In this document: piece by piece, positions 13,100 through 27,344 of the stretch
How positions within the stretch are numbered: position 1 is the stretch's first letter
Layout of the letters: every line of letters starts with the position of its first letter
Source: Felis catus
Lineage: Eukaryota
Assembly: GCF_018350175.1 (NCBI RefSeq)
Contig: NC_058368.1
Location: 36,210,001-36,274,000, forward strand
Length of the DNA: 64,000 nucleotides
Direction of reading: 5' to 3'
The notes under the pieces: model-generated
Database searches by the model: none
What the model saw: only the letters and a program-made list of their open reading frames with translations
What the model was told of the DNA's origin: nothing
Position numbers and translations under genes: made by a program

Positions 13100-13475
13100 A
13101 AGGTCCCAGAATAGCATTCAGCAATAGAAAGGAACCAAGTAGTGATACAGGCTACAACACAGACCTTGAAGCCATTATGCGAAATGAAAAAATTCAGTCA
13201 CAAAAGACCATTTATCACAGGACTCCATTCATAGGAAATATCCAGAAGTGGACATCTATGGAGCAAGTAGACTAGCCATTCCCTAAGTCTGGTGGAGTTG
13301 GGGATAAATGGTGAGTGACTGCTTTTAAGTAGGAGGTTTCCCTTTCGGTGATGGAAATGTTCTAAAATTGATTGTGGCAATGGCTGTACAACTCTGAACA
13401 TACTAAAAACCATTCAGTTGTACATTTTAGATGGGTAAATTGTATGCTATATGAACTATATTTTAATAAGGCTAT
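13100..13475 (+). mobile_element. Old L1 (L1M) 3' end
   Basis: ...gatggaaatgttctaaaattgattgtgg...aaaaccattcagttgtacattttagatgg...aataaggct. Confidence 0.8.
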
Positions 13476-14735
13476 TCTAAATCTACCATTGTATATTCTT
13501 ATAGATGTTCAAAACATAAAAATTACAGATGGTTTTATTATCAGTCATAAGAAGGCATTTGAAGGCTGAGTTAGCATAGTACATGTTTGGGTTTGGAGCT
13601 TTGTGGAACAAGATTCAAGCCACAGACACCCAACTTTCCAGCTGTACATACTTGGGCAAACCATGTACTTAACGTAGTTGACCCTCAGTGCAACTGAGTG
13701 CTAAGAGGAAGTCAACTCTACCTTGCATGATAAGAAATAACATGTTCTCTGTGTAAGTGTTCCATATCACTACAATTTTCTAAATACCATTATCCGAAAA
13801 ATCTTATCCAGGAAAGCTTACATGAACAACCCTTGTTTTAGATATTATCCACAGGAATAAAACAGAACATTCTAATTGAATTTTTCCATCCTGCATGTCA
13901 CGATCTAGATCTCATTTCTCTTTGTCTGTCCACTTTACCCAAGTACCCAAGATGGTACGTTGGATAATGGGTGCGCTAGACATTTTTTAAGTGTTTACCA
14001 TTTTCTACGCATTGTTTCATATTACATGTAAGGTGAATTTGAATTCAGAACCAGATCAATACAGCACTGTGCTTTGTCCTATCATGCTTACATATTTTTT
14101 TTTCACATTATTGTTTATTTCAGCCTTACTACTGTTGTTATTCCCTTACCATTAGCCAAGAGTTACATTCAAAAATCTATTTCTCAGAAATATGTACTTG
14201 AATATACAACAATCTGTAATGGTGCTATAAAGTGTTAATTTCTTATAAGCAAGCCTATTGTTTTCAACATGCAGAACAAATAGGAAAGCATGCCTGGTTC
14301 CCCCATTTTTGAGCATTTTTTTTAATACACGCATGACATTTTAGTCTGGTTTACTTTGTAGCAACTACATATTTCAGAAAAGCTGAATGTCTTTAGGTGT
14401 TTGTTTGGTTTTTTTTTTTTACCTCTTTTTTAAGTGTGCAATTCATCCCCAAAGAATGAGATGGATTTGAATGATTCAAAGTTGACTAACAATTTGTAAT
14501 TAAACAATTTTTTTAAATTAGCCCATCAACAAGTTACTAGTTCCTTTTACTATTTAAGAGCAAAAACTGTCATGCATTTTACCAATTCTGCCTCTTATTT
14601 TAGCACTATAAAAAAACAGTTGGTTTCCAAAACATGCAGATTTTTAGCAGTTTCAAAGGTGTTAGCCCAGCACGCCATCAACATTGCATGGTTAGTTAAG
14701 ATTCACAACAAAAGAAGTGTTGAGTATAACCTTAC

Positions 14736-14768
14736 CATATCATCCGTCAGTGTCCTAATATTTAAATG
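14736..14768 (-). CDS. DIAPH3: DIAPH3 exon 2 (33 nt, HLNIRTLTDDM)
   Basis: Minus strand ggtttctttcatttgcag|CATTTAAATATTAGGACACTGACGGATGATATG|gtaag. Canonical AG acceptor and GT donor, phase 0/0; the peptide continues exon 1 exactly as in the known protein (...RPKF-HLNIRTLTDDM...). Too short to appear in the ORF track. Confidence 0.95.
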
Positions 14769-16941
14769 CTGCAAATGAAAGAAACCAATCATATCAGTAA
14801 TTTATAACAGCTTTTATTTTAGTTAATAGAATACGTTTAAAAATTCTACAATGCTAAGTTGAATGTAATTAAACTACTGACAGTCCAATAAAAATGAATT
14901 ATACAGCGTTTTAATCACTTTCTCAAGAAGATGGACAAAAGGTACCCTGAATGTGGTAGTTTCAAACATTTCCTAAGATTTCTTAGACTTGCAGACCTCA
15001 CAAAGTAGAAACTTAACTGTGGCACAATAAATCCATTTTCCTGAAAAACAGTATTAGTTACCATTAAGTATATGGACTTAGAACACAATGGATATGGAGA
15101 CTTAAATGTGAAAAAAAAATCTGAATCATAAGACAGTGAAACTTTAAATGTACCATTAGCATGCAGCATAGTAGATAATGAAGTACTTTGCTGGCTTAAT
15201 TAACTTAAACAATTCTAGTAACGAGGAGAGTACTAGGAATGACTATTTGCATCTCTAACATCAGTTTGATTTATCACCAGCGGTGACAGTAGACACTTTT
15301 CAATTTCATTGCTAGCTTCTTTGAGAACCCTTTTGCTGATTTCCCTGCTAGACAAACATAAGGCCACTTTAGAAAGTGAATAAATTAGTTTCTTACAAAG
15401 TGGTTCAAAAGAAAAAGCAGTTAGGTTGGGGGGAGGCGGGGGAAGACCAAAAATCTAACTTTTCTAAATTCCGGAGTCAGGCAAGATTTTGTATTCAAGT
15501 AGCTAGAATCCATTTTCAATTCTCCCTCATCTTATTCGGTAGCAGTGGACCTTTTAAAAGGGCAGAGAAAGGGTCAAGTGCATTCCTAAATAGATCAGAT
15601 TTTGGAAGTATAGAAAAACACGTGTTAGCATTCATCATATAACAGCCTGAGTGGCACTAAATTCAACGTTGACACAATGAAATTTGTCATTCTGGAATGA
15701 CAGAATGGAATTCCAGTTTGTATACTGGAATACACCTGTATGCTCATCAGTCTATCTCAGTGAGGATCCAGATTAAAAAGGGGTACAGAGAAAATCACTA
15801 TCCCAGATTCTCTTCTCTTTGACTAAGACATTCCTTCCAAAGGCAGAGGATACACTAATGGGAGGGGCCCAAAATCAGCTTTGTGTATAACAAAGCTGAA
15901 TAACTGACCATACTACTAGCCACACCACCAGGCTCTAGCCTAAATTCCTTGTTACACTGGGAAGAAGGAAGGGATGGGAATGAATTAATAGATTTAGTAT
16001 TTAATTCTGGGTTAGAATTTGCCTTTAGTATTACCTTTGGTCCCTGAAAATAACAAGCAAGCACACAAGTCCTTAAGAGTGGGAGTAATCCTGGGCAGAA
16101 CTATAAAATTTCTGAGGCACTGGGAGCCACAGTCTCATCCCAGAGACCATTACTAGAATTAAACTCCAGTCCACATGGCTCTCAAGTTAGCAAAAAAAGC
16201 AGCCGTGGAAAGGCTGGGTAGGATACTGTTCCCTCTAACTGCCTGCTACATGTGTGCTTTCCTGCCAATTTCCTGTCAACAGAGATTTCCCGCCCACTGA
16301 ATGTGGTTAACCACATCTCTATTCTTCAGAGATACCACCCCAATCACAAGGCACATCTCACCTGAAAGGGGTCATTTTGAGTTCCTCTCACAAGACAAGA
16401 GGAATGCAGTCAACTACCAACACAATAGCATCCTGGGTAGCCTAACGCTTAAAAAATAAGGCCAAAGAGAAAGGTTCCAGCTGAAATCCTATTCAGAAAA
16501 GTACACCACAGTCAAGAGAAAACACCTTCCTACACCAATGAAATATTCCCAAATACCAGTTTGACTTGCCTGAGGAAAATGCTATAAAAGCCATGCCAAG
16601 AGAATGAAAATAGACAATTTTAAGAGAAATATGAGCAGATCCCATGTAAGATTCATGGTCTAAAGACTGCATAAAAGCTATAGAAAGTACAGCACCATAC
16701 AGGAAAAGCAGAGGATGTAGGTTACAGGATGCAAAATACAGGAGATGAAAATAGCCAAAAACACTATTTTTTGCATAACATCAAAGGCCTAAAGCTGCAC
16801 AGCCTTTTAGAGTTGAACTCATAATTTTCAGAATAGAACAGTCATCCTTGTGTAGGAACAAGACACATAAGATCCATTTTTTTTTTTTTTTTTTTTGTCT
16901 TAACTTTTTCATATCCTTGAACTCTCTCACCGAGGATCTAG

Positions 16942-16973
16942 TTTTTTGGTTTTTGGTTGGTTTTTCTTTTTTT

Positions 16974-17010
<37 letters not shown>

Positions 17011-17191
17011 AGAGAGAGAGAAAGAGAGAGAAAGCAGGGTAGAGGGGCAGAGAACAAGAAAGGGAATCTTAAGTGAGCTCCTCCATCCTCAGCACGCAGC
17101 CCAACACAGGGCTCGATCCCACGATCCTGGGATCATGACCTGAGCCAAAATCAAGAGTTGGACACAATTGACTGAGCCACCCAGGCACGCC
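16942..17191 (-). mobile_element. Can-SINE
   Basis: Long T tail and GA tract; TSD aggatctag at 16933-16941 and 17192-17200. Confidence 0.9.
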
Positions 17192-19444
17192 AGGATCTAG
17201 CTTCTAAAAGGACTCAGTCTGTGAAATTCTTTAAAAACTATGGAGGCACATATATAAGTTCAGTTACTATCTATATTATACATAACCTTTCACAAGAAAA
17301 AAACGTGTGATGAATTACTACAGAATTATAATTCAGAGGTAACTTACAAGGAAAAGGAAGAAACTCAAAGGGATCCAAGTGCAGGAAGTTTAACAGTCAG
17401 AGAGAAAGGCAAGAAGGTAAGGTCAAGTTCATTATTCCTTCTCCTCTGGAAAACACTTGCCTATCGATTCTCACCACTATCCACACCAGGATCCAAAGAA
17501 GCCAGTAGGGCAGGACCTGTGTCAAGGACCATGTCAAGAACCCATGACAGGGCTGCAGAGTGACTAACAGTAAACAGCTAGAAAACGGATCAAAAAATTT
17601 TGGCTTCTATATCCAAACAGTGAAGCCAGAATAAGTTTCACTTCAAGATTGAGCTTTCAGAAAATATAAATTACATATTTGTTTGCATGCATACAAACTG
17701 AAAGAGACTACTAAAGACTTGTTAGTATTTAAATTTTTTAATAGATCTAAGCATGAGTAACTTCCCCTAAAAACTGAAATGCCCAATCCCAGTCTACTTC
17801 AAACAGAACTGAAAGTAAAAATTAACACTAAAGTCTTATTTTAACAATGTGAAGTTATTAGCAAGTGGCACCCTTTTGTAGGATGCGTGAAAGTTATTAT
17901 TAATTCAAGTTTACTGTGAAGTGGATGTCATGTCAAGGCACTACCTGTTTAGATGACACAGTTCTCAAAAGTGGAAGGGGTAGGAAGAGAGGAAATGATG
18001 GACATAACACCCTCAGATAATTCTGTGGGGTTTCAGCCTTCGTATAGTAGATAAAAAACGACAAGGTGACATCCATACTCAAAAACAGTAAAGAACTTTA
18101 TTATAAAAAGTTATTATTTTTATACTGCTACTTGAGGTACTATTTATATGTCTGGTTGGCCGCAACCCTTAAAAAATGCAGTATTTGCTTTATAGCTACC
18201 AGCAATGCTCTTTACTCATTCTTCTGGTTGGGGAAAACAAGAACTATACCCATCAATCCGGCTCAAGAGTAGCATTTGAAGATATCCATACCAAGAAGGA
18301 AGTGGAAACATAAAATGGACTATTAAATGGAAGCAAATAGGAACACTTTAAAAATAACCCAATAACAACTTTTAGGATTCCATTTGTACCTACACACACA
18401 CACACACACAAATTGAAACCATACCGTCTCAGACATATTAAAACATTCATACCCAATGTGATTTTGTGACTTTGTGACCTTTAGTCACAGCATCTGGTCA
18501 ATGATTGTATAGGTATTGTTAATGCTTTGCAGCATGGATAAAATCAAACTGGTGATAATACCAAAATAGTTCTAGACACAGAACCATTAGTAATTGGTTA
18601 AGGTGTGGTATTAAAGCGCATCAGAGCTCCCTTCCCAAGACAAAAACCTCATTTTTCTTCCTACATTGTTCAATTTAATTCTATTTTCTCCCTAAAAAGT
18701 AAGGAACGGCTCATATAGATAGGCAACAATGTTTTCTGCTAATGACAGTTCCTAAGATGAATGGTCAAGAGGATCACTCTGGAATTGAAAAGAAAAAGTC
18801 TTTATAGGTTTTTTTTTTTTTTTTTGAATCCTATGTTCTTTTGAAGAAAAAAAAAAAGGTAGAAACACAGAACGTAGGTTGCTGTATTCACATTTAAGCA
18901 AGGCATCAAAACCTTTATTGAAGACCTTACATGCTGCCAAAAAATAGATCTAGAGCTTTCAAAGCACTCTGTGAAATGCTGTAAATATCAAGGGGTATGA
19001 AGGAATGGTCCTTCCCCCAACCAACTTAGTTTACAAGGAAGTAACAAAGACACCAGATCAACTGTGTAATACAAAACAACATACAAACCCACGGTCCACA
19101 TACAGTTTAAAAAAGGTTCCAAGCTGTAGCTTGAGACTTTTAGCAAATTTTATATTTTCATTGGTTAGCATATCGGAACTAGCTGGGAGCAAAGGATCTG
19201 TCCATTCATGTCATTAGGTACAGCCACCACCAACTGTCAAGTTAACAAGCACTAATCATTGTCAAAGCCAAGTACATGCTAATCTTTAAAAATAATTTTT
19301 AGCTGTTGCAATCTAATTTAATTTACATCCTTTAACTAGGTCATTATGAGTAGCCACTAACAAGAAGAACACCTCTAAGAGCAAAGCCTCTGAATGCACT
19401 TGACTCAGACCCAATTTTCATAAACTAGACCCTCTAAGCCACCT

Positions 19445-19622
19445 AGTTTCCAGCTTGTTAGTGTGCACTAGAAACACACCAAGATTTTCTTTGTAAAAGA
19501 TGACAAGGTCTCAGCTTCTCAAGATTCTGATTCAGCAGGTCTACGGTGGGGCTTAGGAACCCACACGAGTAAGGGGCCCGAGGGCAATGCTGTAGCCCTC
19601 CCAGGACCATGTGAGAAACCCT
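19445..19622. mobile_element. MER5A-like hAT-Charlie element
   Basis: agattctgattcagcaggtct..ggtgggg and terminal tgagaaaccct are characteristic of MER5A. Confidence 0.6.
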
Positions 19623-21692
19623 ACTCCACACCCCGCCAGCCATGAAACACTTCCTCAGCCTGCACCCATTCGAATCTCGGGACATGCAGCTCACTTTAAA
19701 ACCGGTGTCCCTGAAACAAGCTAAATGAAGGGTACAGCTAAGAAGTACAAGAAATTTTCAAAGTGAGAAACCCTAAGCTGGTACAATTAGGACAGGTTTT
19801 ACTGCCATGTAGTGACAGGCACCAATTAGTACTGCTGTAAGAGAATTCAACACTCCATGGTGTGCAGGATGAATTATGACATCATTTATTCAAAGGCTTA
19901 GTTTATCTCTAAAGCTACAATAATTCACCCTCATAAGCATAGATTTAGTGAAGTATCAAAGCTTGCTCGTTAGATCAACCATGACATGACACTATCTGCT
20001 TGTCAAAATAAGACACAACAAAGTTAGACCCAAAAGGAAAAAAGGATTAGTCTTCTTTTAATCGTAAGATGCGGATAAGGTTATGGTAAAGCATTGCTCA
20101 CACCTGTTTCAAATTCCAGATTCTTCCTTCCCACCAACACCTACTTTATCCTAAAGGCATTTCTGGTCCACACACCTTTGTTTGTTTTAATGTCAATGCC
20201 AATTGTAAAGACCGCAGAAATGTAAAGCATTATTACTAACCATGACACTAACCACACCTACAGAGCCTAAGGTTCATTTCCCAGGCGACTACACAACATA
20301 CCTAGATGTGACAACATTCAAGGGCTCCAAAAATAATACTGAAGCTTCATAGCACCGAGGACAAGGGTAGAGCTGGCTCTTTGATAATGTCAAGAAAAGC
20401 TTTTAAGTTGACTGGCTCTTCATGTGGTCATATTTTTAGACTAAGGTGGAGACAAGTGAGAGATGTTAGGAACAGGTGAGAATGAGTAAGAGCTCTCCAG
20501 CTTCTTTTAATCTGTTCATCTATTCAAAACCATAACCCTGCCTACCTCAGAAAGACACACACCTGGCCATTGTCCCAGGCTTCTCTCATCCACCCAAGAT
20601 TCCAACCTCCCTTCTCCATAATTCCTTCTTTGGGAAAGCAGAATCACGGAGGAACATTAGCTTTCAGGAGGAGACATCATTCAACCATCCACAGAAGTGA
20701 AGAAAAATCATTTCTAAGACAAGTTTTCAAAAAGGATCAAAAGGCAGCAACAGAACTGCTAGAAAACCACCACCTCTCTAGAAAAACCAATTAAATTGTT
20801 ACCTGGCCCTCTCTCCTAGAGGACACATCACAGGGGCAGGGCACCTAACAAACCTTTTTTTTATTCTAACAGAACTCCAATGTTCTTTTTCCTTCAATCA
20901 ATTCCTTCAACATGGAGGTAAAATTAAAGGGAAACCAGAATGGCTAATTCTAGTAAAAGAACTTTAATACCTATTTTAAGATGTTTTCTTCAGCTGTTCA
21001 AGTTCTCGTCACCTCTACTACCAGCTCAAAACCTCCTCTGCACCGGGTCCAGGAACAAACAATTCAAATACCTGAACCTCTCTACAAGTAGATTTAGTCC
21101 TAGGACACCAGAATTGAAGACCTTTTTCATCATCTGGAGAAGGCTAGAAAGTATTTCAAATATTCGCTGGAGGAAGAGTGAAAATGGTCCCAGAGCTTCC
21201 AGAATTACCTTGAAGCTTATTCAAACTACTGGGCTATTTCTGAGCATGATTCAATCTCCTAGAGGTCTTGTCCAAGGCACAAATGTAGAGTGAATATTCC
21301 TGGAGCTAATACACTACCTTGCAAGGAGGATTTTGTTTTACATTCTGGTATCACCACAAGGAAATTAAATTTGGTTGAACCTTTTTAGAGAACAATTTGG
21401 TGACACAAACCCTATGTTCACATTACTTAAACTAGAATTACTAGGTTTTATTACTAAATTAATTACATCTAGAATCTAGAGTTAGGAAATAAAACCAGAG
21501 GTTTATACACAAATACTTACCTACAGAGTTTATCTTAAATAGCTAAAAATCGTAATCAACCTAAAACTTCCCAGAATATGGGAAAGACTAAATAACTACA
21601 GTCCTGCCATACGGACTATAATGACATGTGAAAATGCTTACAATACAATGTTACATGAAAAACAAAAGTCACATTTAAAATTGCCTATCTGT

Positions 21693-21876
21693 GGGGCACC
21701 TGGGTGACTTGGTTGAGCACCTGACTCTTGGTTTCAGTTCAGGTCAAGATCTCACGGTTCGTGGGTTCAAGCTCCCCAACAGGCTCCACACTAACAGCAC
21801 AGAGCCTGCTTTGGATTCTCTCTCCCTTTGACCCTCCCTGCTCTCACTCTAAATAAATAAATAGATAGATAAAAAC
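21693..21876 (+). mobile_element. Can-SINE
   Basis: ggggcacctgggtgac head; taaataaa tail. Confidence 0.88.
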
Positions 21877-23399
21877 AGAATTGCATGTGATGTAATTCCA
21901 TTAACATTCTTATAGAAAAATATAAGTCAGGAAACATTTTTATTTTAATATAACCGGATTGTGGGGTTTGGAGCAATTCCCCCCCCCCCCCCACATTTTC
22001 CTGTATTTTCCCAGTTGTCTAGAATAGGCTTATTTATTTTATGATGACAAAAGCTTTTTACTTTAGTATGGACAGTACTTTTCACATCAAGCAGAAAATA
22101 TAGATAAGTTCCTTTTCAAATAATAATGTAGTAAAAAAAGAAAATCTAAAAAATCTAATGCCATAAACACAGACTTTGTTAGGCTAGGAGTTTTTTTTTA
22201 TGCATATTTTCAAATATGTCAGAATACATTAAGGGCATTATTCATTTGTTTTGTAATTCACATATATAAATTAACCAATTTCAAAAAGCTCCTTGGTCTC
22301 GTGAATTATTGATGTTGTCACCTGCTAGAGACTTAATTCCAAGAAAAATATACGAATCACTACATCACAAGCACAAATCCTTTTGACACAAATTCAATTT
22401 CTGTGGCAATAATATATTGACTTAGCTTTATTTTTCTATTTTATGACACTTATTAATGGCAGAGATAAAAGAAATCTATCATTTTTCTTTATTGTAAATG
22501 TAAATGATCTCATGCTATGTTGAGAATGTTAAGGTAAATACCACTCACCTGATAACTTTTTAATGCAAATGCGGACAGGATACCAAAATAAAATAGAACT
22601 TAAGATTTTAAGTGAAACCTAATCTCATACGCCTAACTTTCCTACTGCACAATTAGACTGCCAACATGTGCAAGACACTACGTGGAACATAAAGAGGACT
22701 CAGTCCCTGGCTTTAGAAGCTTAAAGCCAAAAAAAGCAGCAAGACGATAACCACAATACAAGACGCTGAGAGAGGTGTTCAGTGGTGACTGGAAGGAAAG
22801 GCAGTCTGTACTTGGTAATTATACAGCTTAAATACATGCTATTAACATGCAAACATAGGCATGTTCAGAGACTAAGGTCAAATAAATCTTCAGCCATGAT
22901 TCAGGTAAAACTTGTAACGCAAAAAATTACTTTTCTTTCAGCATAACGGATTCCTAAGGCGTTCATTCAACAAATGCTTATTAAACATTACTGTGTTCTT
23001 GGCAAGAGGGTACACTAGTTAAGAAAACAAGGATTCCTGTCCTAAAGGAACTTTCCTTCTATTGAGGAAGAGACGGTAATAACAATAAGTAAGTTACAGA
23101 AGGTGTTAAAAGGTAACACTTGTTAGGCTAACATGAAAAGCCGTGCAAGGCGGGAGGGAGGGTTTGCAGGTTGGGGGAGCCAGGGCTTGCATAGGCCTGA
23201 GAAAGCACGGTGTTGGAGCGGAGCTGAAAGTGGACTAAGGAGATAGCGATGTGGACCCGGAGGAAAGAATTCAGAGAAAAAGAGCAGCCCTCTAGAAGGA
23301 GCACGTCTAGAGTGCTCAAGCAACACGGAACCAGCATAGCTACAGCCTCTGACTCTTATATACTTACTGCCTTGCGTTATCCAGGCAGAAGCTAACAGC

Positions 23400-23620
23400 C
23401 AGGATTCTAGAAGCAAACCCACCTGGATTGTAATCCAGCTCAGATACTGATCAGCTGTGTGACCCTGGGCGCTTCAACTCCCTAAGCCTCAGTTTCCTTA
23501 TCTGTACCAGGAAAATAGGAAGCATCTGTCCTTCCAGGCTTGTTAAGAGCCTTCACTGAAAGGCTACATCAAGTACACAATGCGCTATACCTGGTGGTGA
23601 GGAGGCTTTAATAAATGCTA
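23400..23620 (+). mobile_element. MIR SINE
   Basis: MIR core agctgtgtgaccctgggc...aagcctcagtttccttatctgt. Confidence 0.75.
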
Positions 23621-24294
23621 GTCCCCTTCCTTCCCACTAACACCCCCACCAGCGTCATCTTGGTTTAGGTCTCCATCATTCCAACTCAAGGCCACATCCA
23701 ATAGTCTCCTCCCTCTGGGCCCTGAAATCATCCTCTAATCCACTTAAATCCATTTATAACTGACATAAATGTGTGTGTGTCCCCTCCCCAAACTGGGCAC
23801 GGGCTCCTGAGTGCAGGGATTTTTTATCACGGTCATTTCACCAGCAGGTCTATTTGCCGGTGTTGGTCATACTGGGCCATTCACTTTTCAGTTGTGGAGG
23901 CCTCTCACGTGTTGTCATTTCTCTTTGGGGCTGAGAACTCAAGCAGTGGCAGCTTCCCAATGTCATGTCCAGAGCCAGCATGTTGCCTGGGCCTCAGGAC
24001 ACTAACAGCTAGATGGGATGAATGAGATGTGAGGTCAGCAGCCACACCGAGTAGGTATGGCACAGATAAACCTATAGTAAAGGTGGGTCACCCTTCATTA
24101 TCATCAGGAAACGAGCCCACACCTTTCTCCATCCAAAGCTCTTTTGTTTACAATTCCTTTGGGTCAATGATCATTGTTTGCAGTTTGTGTTCATGTCTTT
24201 CATTTTTTTTTTTTTTTTTTTTTTTTTAACGTGCAGGGACCTTTTTTCTCTCATCTTTGAACCTCTAGACCCAGTACAGGAAACATTTTAGGTC

Positions 24295-24480
24295 GGTTAT
24301 TTTCAACCCAACTACAAAAGAGAATCACCTGAAGAGAATCACCTCAAGAGTTTTTGTTTTCTTTTCCTGAGTAATATTCCAAACCAATTGAATCAGAATA
24401 CCCAAAGGCAGGGCCTGTGGTAAGTAGCTGTAAAGCTCCCCCAGGTGACTTTAATGTGCAACCAGGGTTAAAAACCACTA
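24295..24480. mobile_element. MER5A-like hAT-Charlie element
   Basis: gaatcacctg...gaatcagaat...aagctcccccaggtgactttaatgtgcaaccagggttaaaaaccact. Confidence 0.7.
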
Positions 24481-24555
24481 ACTTGGGCAAACTCTTCTGA
24501 GCTCAGTTTCCCGGTGCCAAGACTATCATCAAGGAGTCTCCAAAGACACACAGGT

Positions 24556-25090
24556 GTAGATATGGTAGATACTTGTGGGTTTCTCTGCCTCATGCACAGC
24601 ATCCCTTCTTTATGTCGCAGGAGTAGACATTGTTCTTTGTGAGCCGGCCCTGACCACAGATGTGAGCAGAGCTCAACACTTAAATCCAGGCACAGCCAAT
24701 CAAATCCTCACTCTACGAGAAAACTGGATTGGGGATTCAGAGGTGAGAATGAGGATCTGTCCCTGCATGAGCCAAGAGCATGTATACCTGGAATTGTGAG
24801 GCTCTGAGCCTGGCTGTGTGGAGACCAAAGCAACAGAAGTCGTGCCCTGCAGAGATACAACAATGGAGCAAATGCCTAGTGAGAAGCACACTAAAGCTGT
24901 ATGACTCCAGGAAAGAGAGAATGAGAGAAGCTGCCAGCTTTCAGTCCTAGGGTTCAAATCCTTGTGAGGACCAGCTACACTCACCCAAGAATATACCCCT
25001 CTGTATCTTTACAACTGCCCTTTCCAATTCCAAGCTAGACATTGCATGGGGTTCTGTTTCATTAAGCCAAAAAAAAAAAAAAAAGGCTTT
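24556..25090 (+). mobile_element. Old ERVL-class LTR (LTR16-like)
   Basis: Resembles LTR16-type text (cagccaatcaaatcct...aagctag...gggttctgtttc...ccaaaa); subfamily uncertain. Confidence 0.4.
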
Positions 25091-25564
25091 AACTGAGAAC
25101 CCAGGACACCCTAAGAACCCCATATAATATAGCCCACCCCATCATTACTACCACCACTGATTGAGCACTCTTCAAAATTATCAATACACCCTCAGGGGTT
25201 GTAATTATGGGGATAATTAGCCACTATCCCCATCTTGGAGATCAGAAAATTAGGAGTTACAGAAGTGATTTGCCAGAGTGAAATGTGGCGGGGCTGGAAA
25301 TGCAACCTTGGTCACGATGACTCCAAAACCCAGACTGCTCCCCATCCCTTTTCTCAGTGCCCCCCCCCACACACACAACAACAGGACAGCTGCTGGTATC
25401 AGCTCGAGGGAGGAGGGCTTGACGTGGAAATGAAGCAGTTTCTGAAGCACAGATATTTAAAAATGAAATGTGAACGAGAAAAATGAGCATAATTCCAAGT
25501 GGATGATTATTAAGTGTTTTAACACCAACAACAAAATGCTATCTTAAAAGTTCAGGTGGATGAC

Positions 25565-25776
25565 GGGGCTCCTGATTGGCTCAGTCGGTTGGGCGTCGGA
25601 CTTCAGCTCCGGTCATGATCTCACAGCTCGTGAGTTCGAGCCCCACCGCTCTGTGCTTACAGCTCAGAGCCTGGAGCCTGCTTCCGATTCTGTGTCTCCC
25701 TCTCTCTCTGCCCCTAACCCACTCGCATTCTGTCTCTGTCTCTCTCAAAAATAAACATTAAAAAAATTTTTTTTTT
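25565..25776 (+). mobile_element. Can-SINE with 17-bp TSD
   Basis: TSD aaagttcaggtggatga at 25547-25563 and 25777-25793. Confidence 0.95.
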
Positions 25777-26121
25777 AAAGTTCAGGTGGATGAGTATAAG
25801 GAGAGCAAGGGATTGTAATTTCTGTAAACTGACTAACACGAACAAGAATGTCTATTTTGTGACGGAGTTTTCCCCTTTAGGTCCTAAAGTTGCTCACTGA
25901 AGTGTATAATAGAGATTGAGTGAATAGGGTTTTTTTTTATTATTATTTCTAACACGTAGAATTTAAGCTGTAGGATGTACTACAAGCCTTATAAACCATG
26001 CCCTCCCAATTCAGACTAAAACATAAACCACAAAAATATCCACATCCAAAAAAAACAAAAAACAAAAAACAGATCCACATCAAAAATTACACGGCAATAG
26101 CTAATCAAAGAAAATTAAGGG

Positions 26122-26167
26122 TTTTTTTAATGTTTATTTGTTTGAGAGAGAGAGTGAGCAGGGGAAG

Positions 26168-26217
<50 letters not shown>

Positions 26218-26358
26218 CTAAAGCAGACTCCCCACTCAGTGTAGAGTCTGATGGGGTGTGGGGGGGGGGGGGGAGCTCAATCCCACGAACCACTAGATCA
26301 TGACCTGAGCCAATCTCAAGAGTTGGATGCTTTACTGACTGAGTCACCCAGGTGCCCC
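26122..26358 (-). mobile_element. Can-SINE with expanded (GA)n
   Basis: Ends ...gtcacccaggtgcccc; long GA tract at ~26173-26215. Confidence 0.9.
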
Positions 26359-27344
26359 AGAATGTTAGGTTTTTTTAATTACTGATGAAGTTTGAGCTCT
26401 TTATAATAACTAAATCACCACTAAGTTTTCTTGCATTAATTTGATTACTACTTTTTGTACTATTCTGTAAATTGTTTTGTCAATGAAAATGAGTCCAAAG
26501 GATGATTTTCATATTACAAAGTTAACTTTTAAAAACAAAAAAAGAGCACATTCCCAACTGTTACATGCAGTCCTAGTGTTATGCATAAAAGGTAGGTCAT
26601 TTTACATTTCTTTTAGAAATATTAACCAAGCTGAATCTAGTTAGCATCTAAGCTAACCAGACAATATGCTACACCTGGCACAGAAAGACCTATAAAACAC
26701 GGCACCTGCCCTGAAGGAGGATACAATCCAGCAGGCTGTAGAGAAAAAAAATAAATAAATAAAGAGCCTGAGTCACTTATTTCCCCTTTCTGGTAATTCA
26801 GAAAATAATTTCACAAAAGCAACTGTCCTACAAGGGCTACACATACTAAAATACACAGGTTCCTCATCTTAATGCTTTTCTTTGCACTTATCCAAAGGCA
26901 TCTAGAAAGGTAAATCCTTGAATGGTACAGAGCAGCCCAATACAGCACCAAAATTTGCACTGTGTCATATCACCACACAGTGAAATTCCAGCACATAGCA
27001 TTCTATGTCACAAGTTAGAGTTTGAACACACCAATTTCTGCAGGCAAGCCACAGGCTCAAGCAACTACAGCCTAAACTGCCCTTGGCAATCTTCTAGCAG
27101 TGCCAAAATTCAACACCCTCTACCAAGAGCCCAAGGATATTTGTAAAGAACTTCTAAAAGTACATCATTTCATGACAATAATCCCATAATTCAAGCACAC
27201 CAATAAAACAAGTCAACAAGGATTATGGGGAAGTCCTCAGTTGATAGCCAGAGCCATGAGAAGGCACCCAATGATCCTAACAACTTAGTGCAAATTATCA
27301 AGGACTGCAGATCTTGCAAAGGTGTGAAGGTAACCCTCCCCTAT

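Larger units (their letters stand above)
1..14735 (-). other. DIAPH3: DIAPH3 intron 2 (partial, continues beyond the left edge)
   Basis: Starts at the exon 2 donor. The expected exon 3 peptide (LDKFASIRIP...) was not found by eye in 1-14735. Confidence 0.75.

Noticed and set aside
15686..15731. Two adjacent 8-bp stem palindromes (tgtcattc/gaatgaca and attccagt/actggaat)
   Set aside because: Stems this short are expected by chance in 64 kb.
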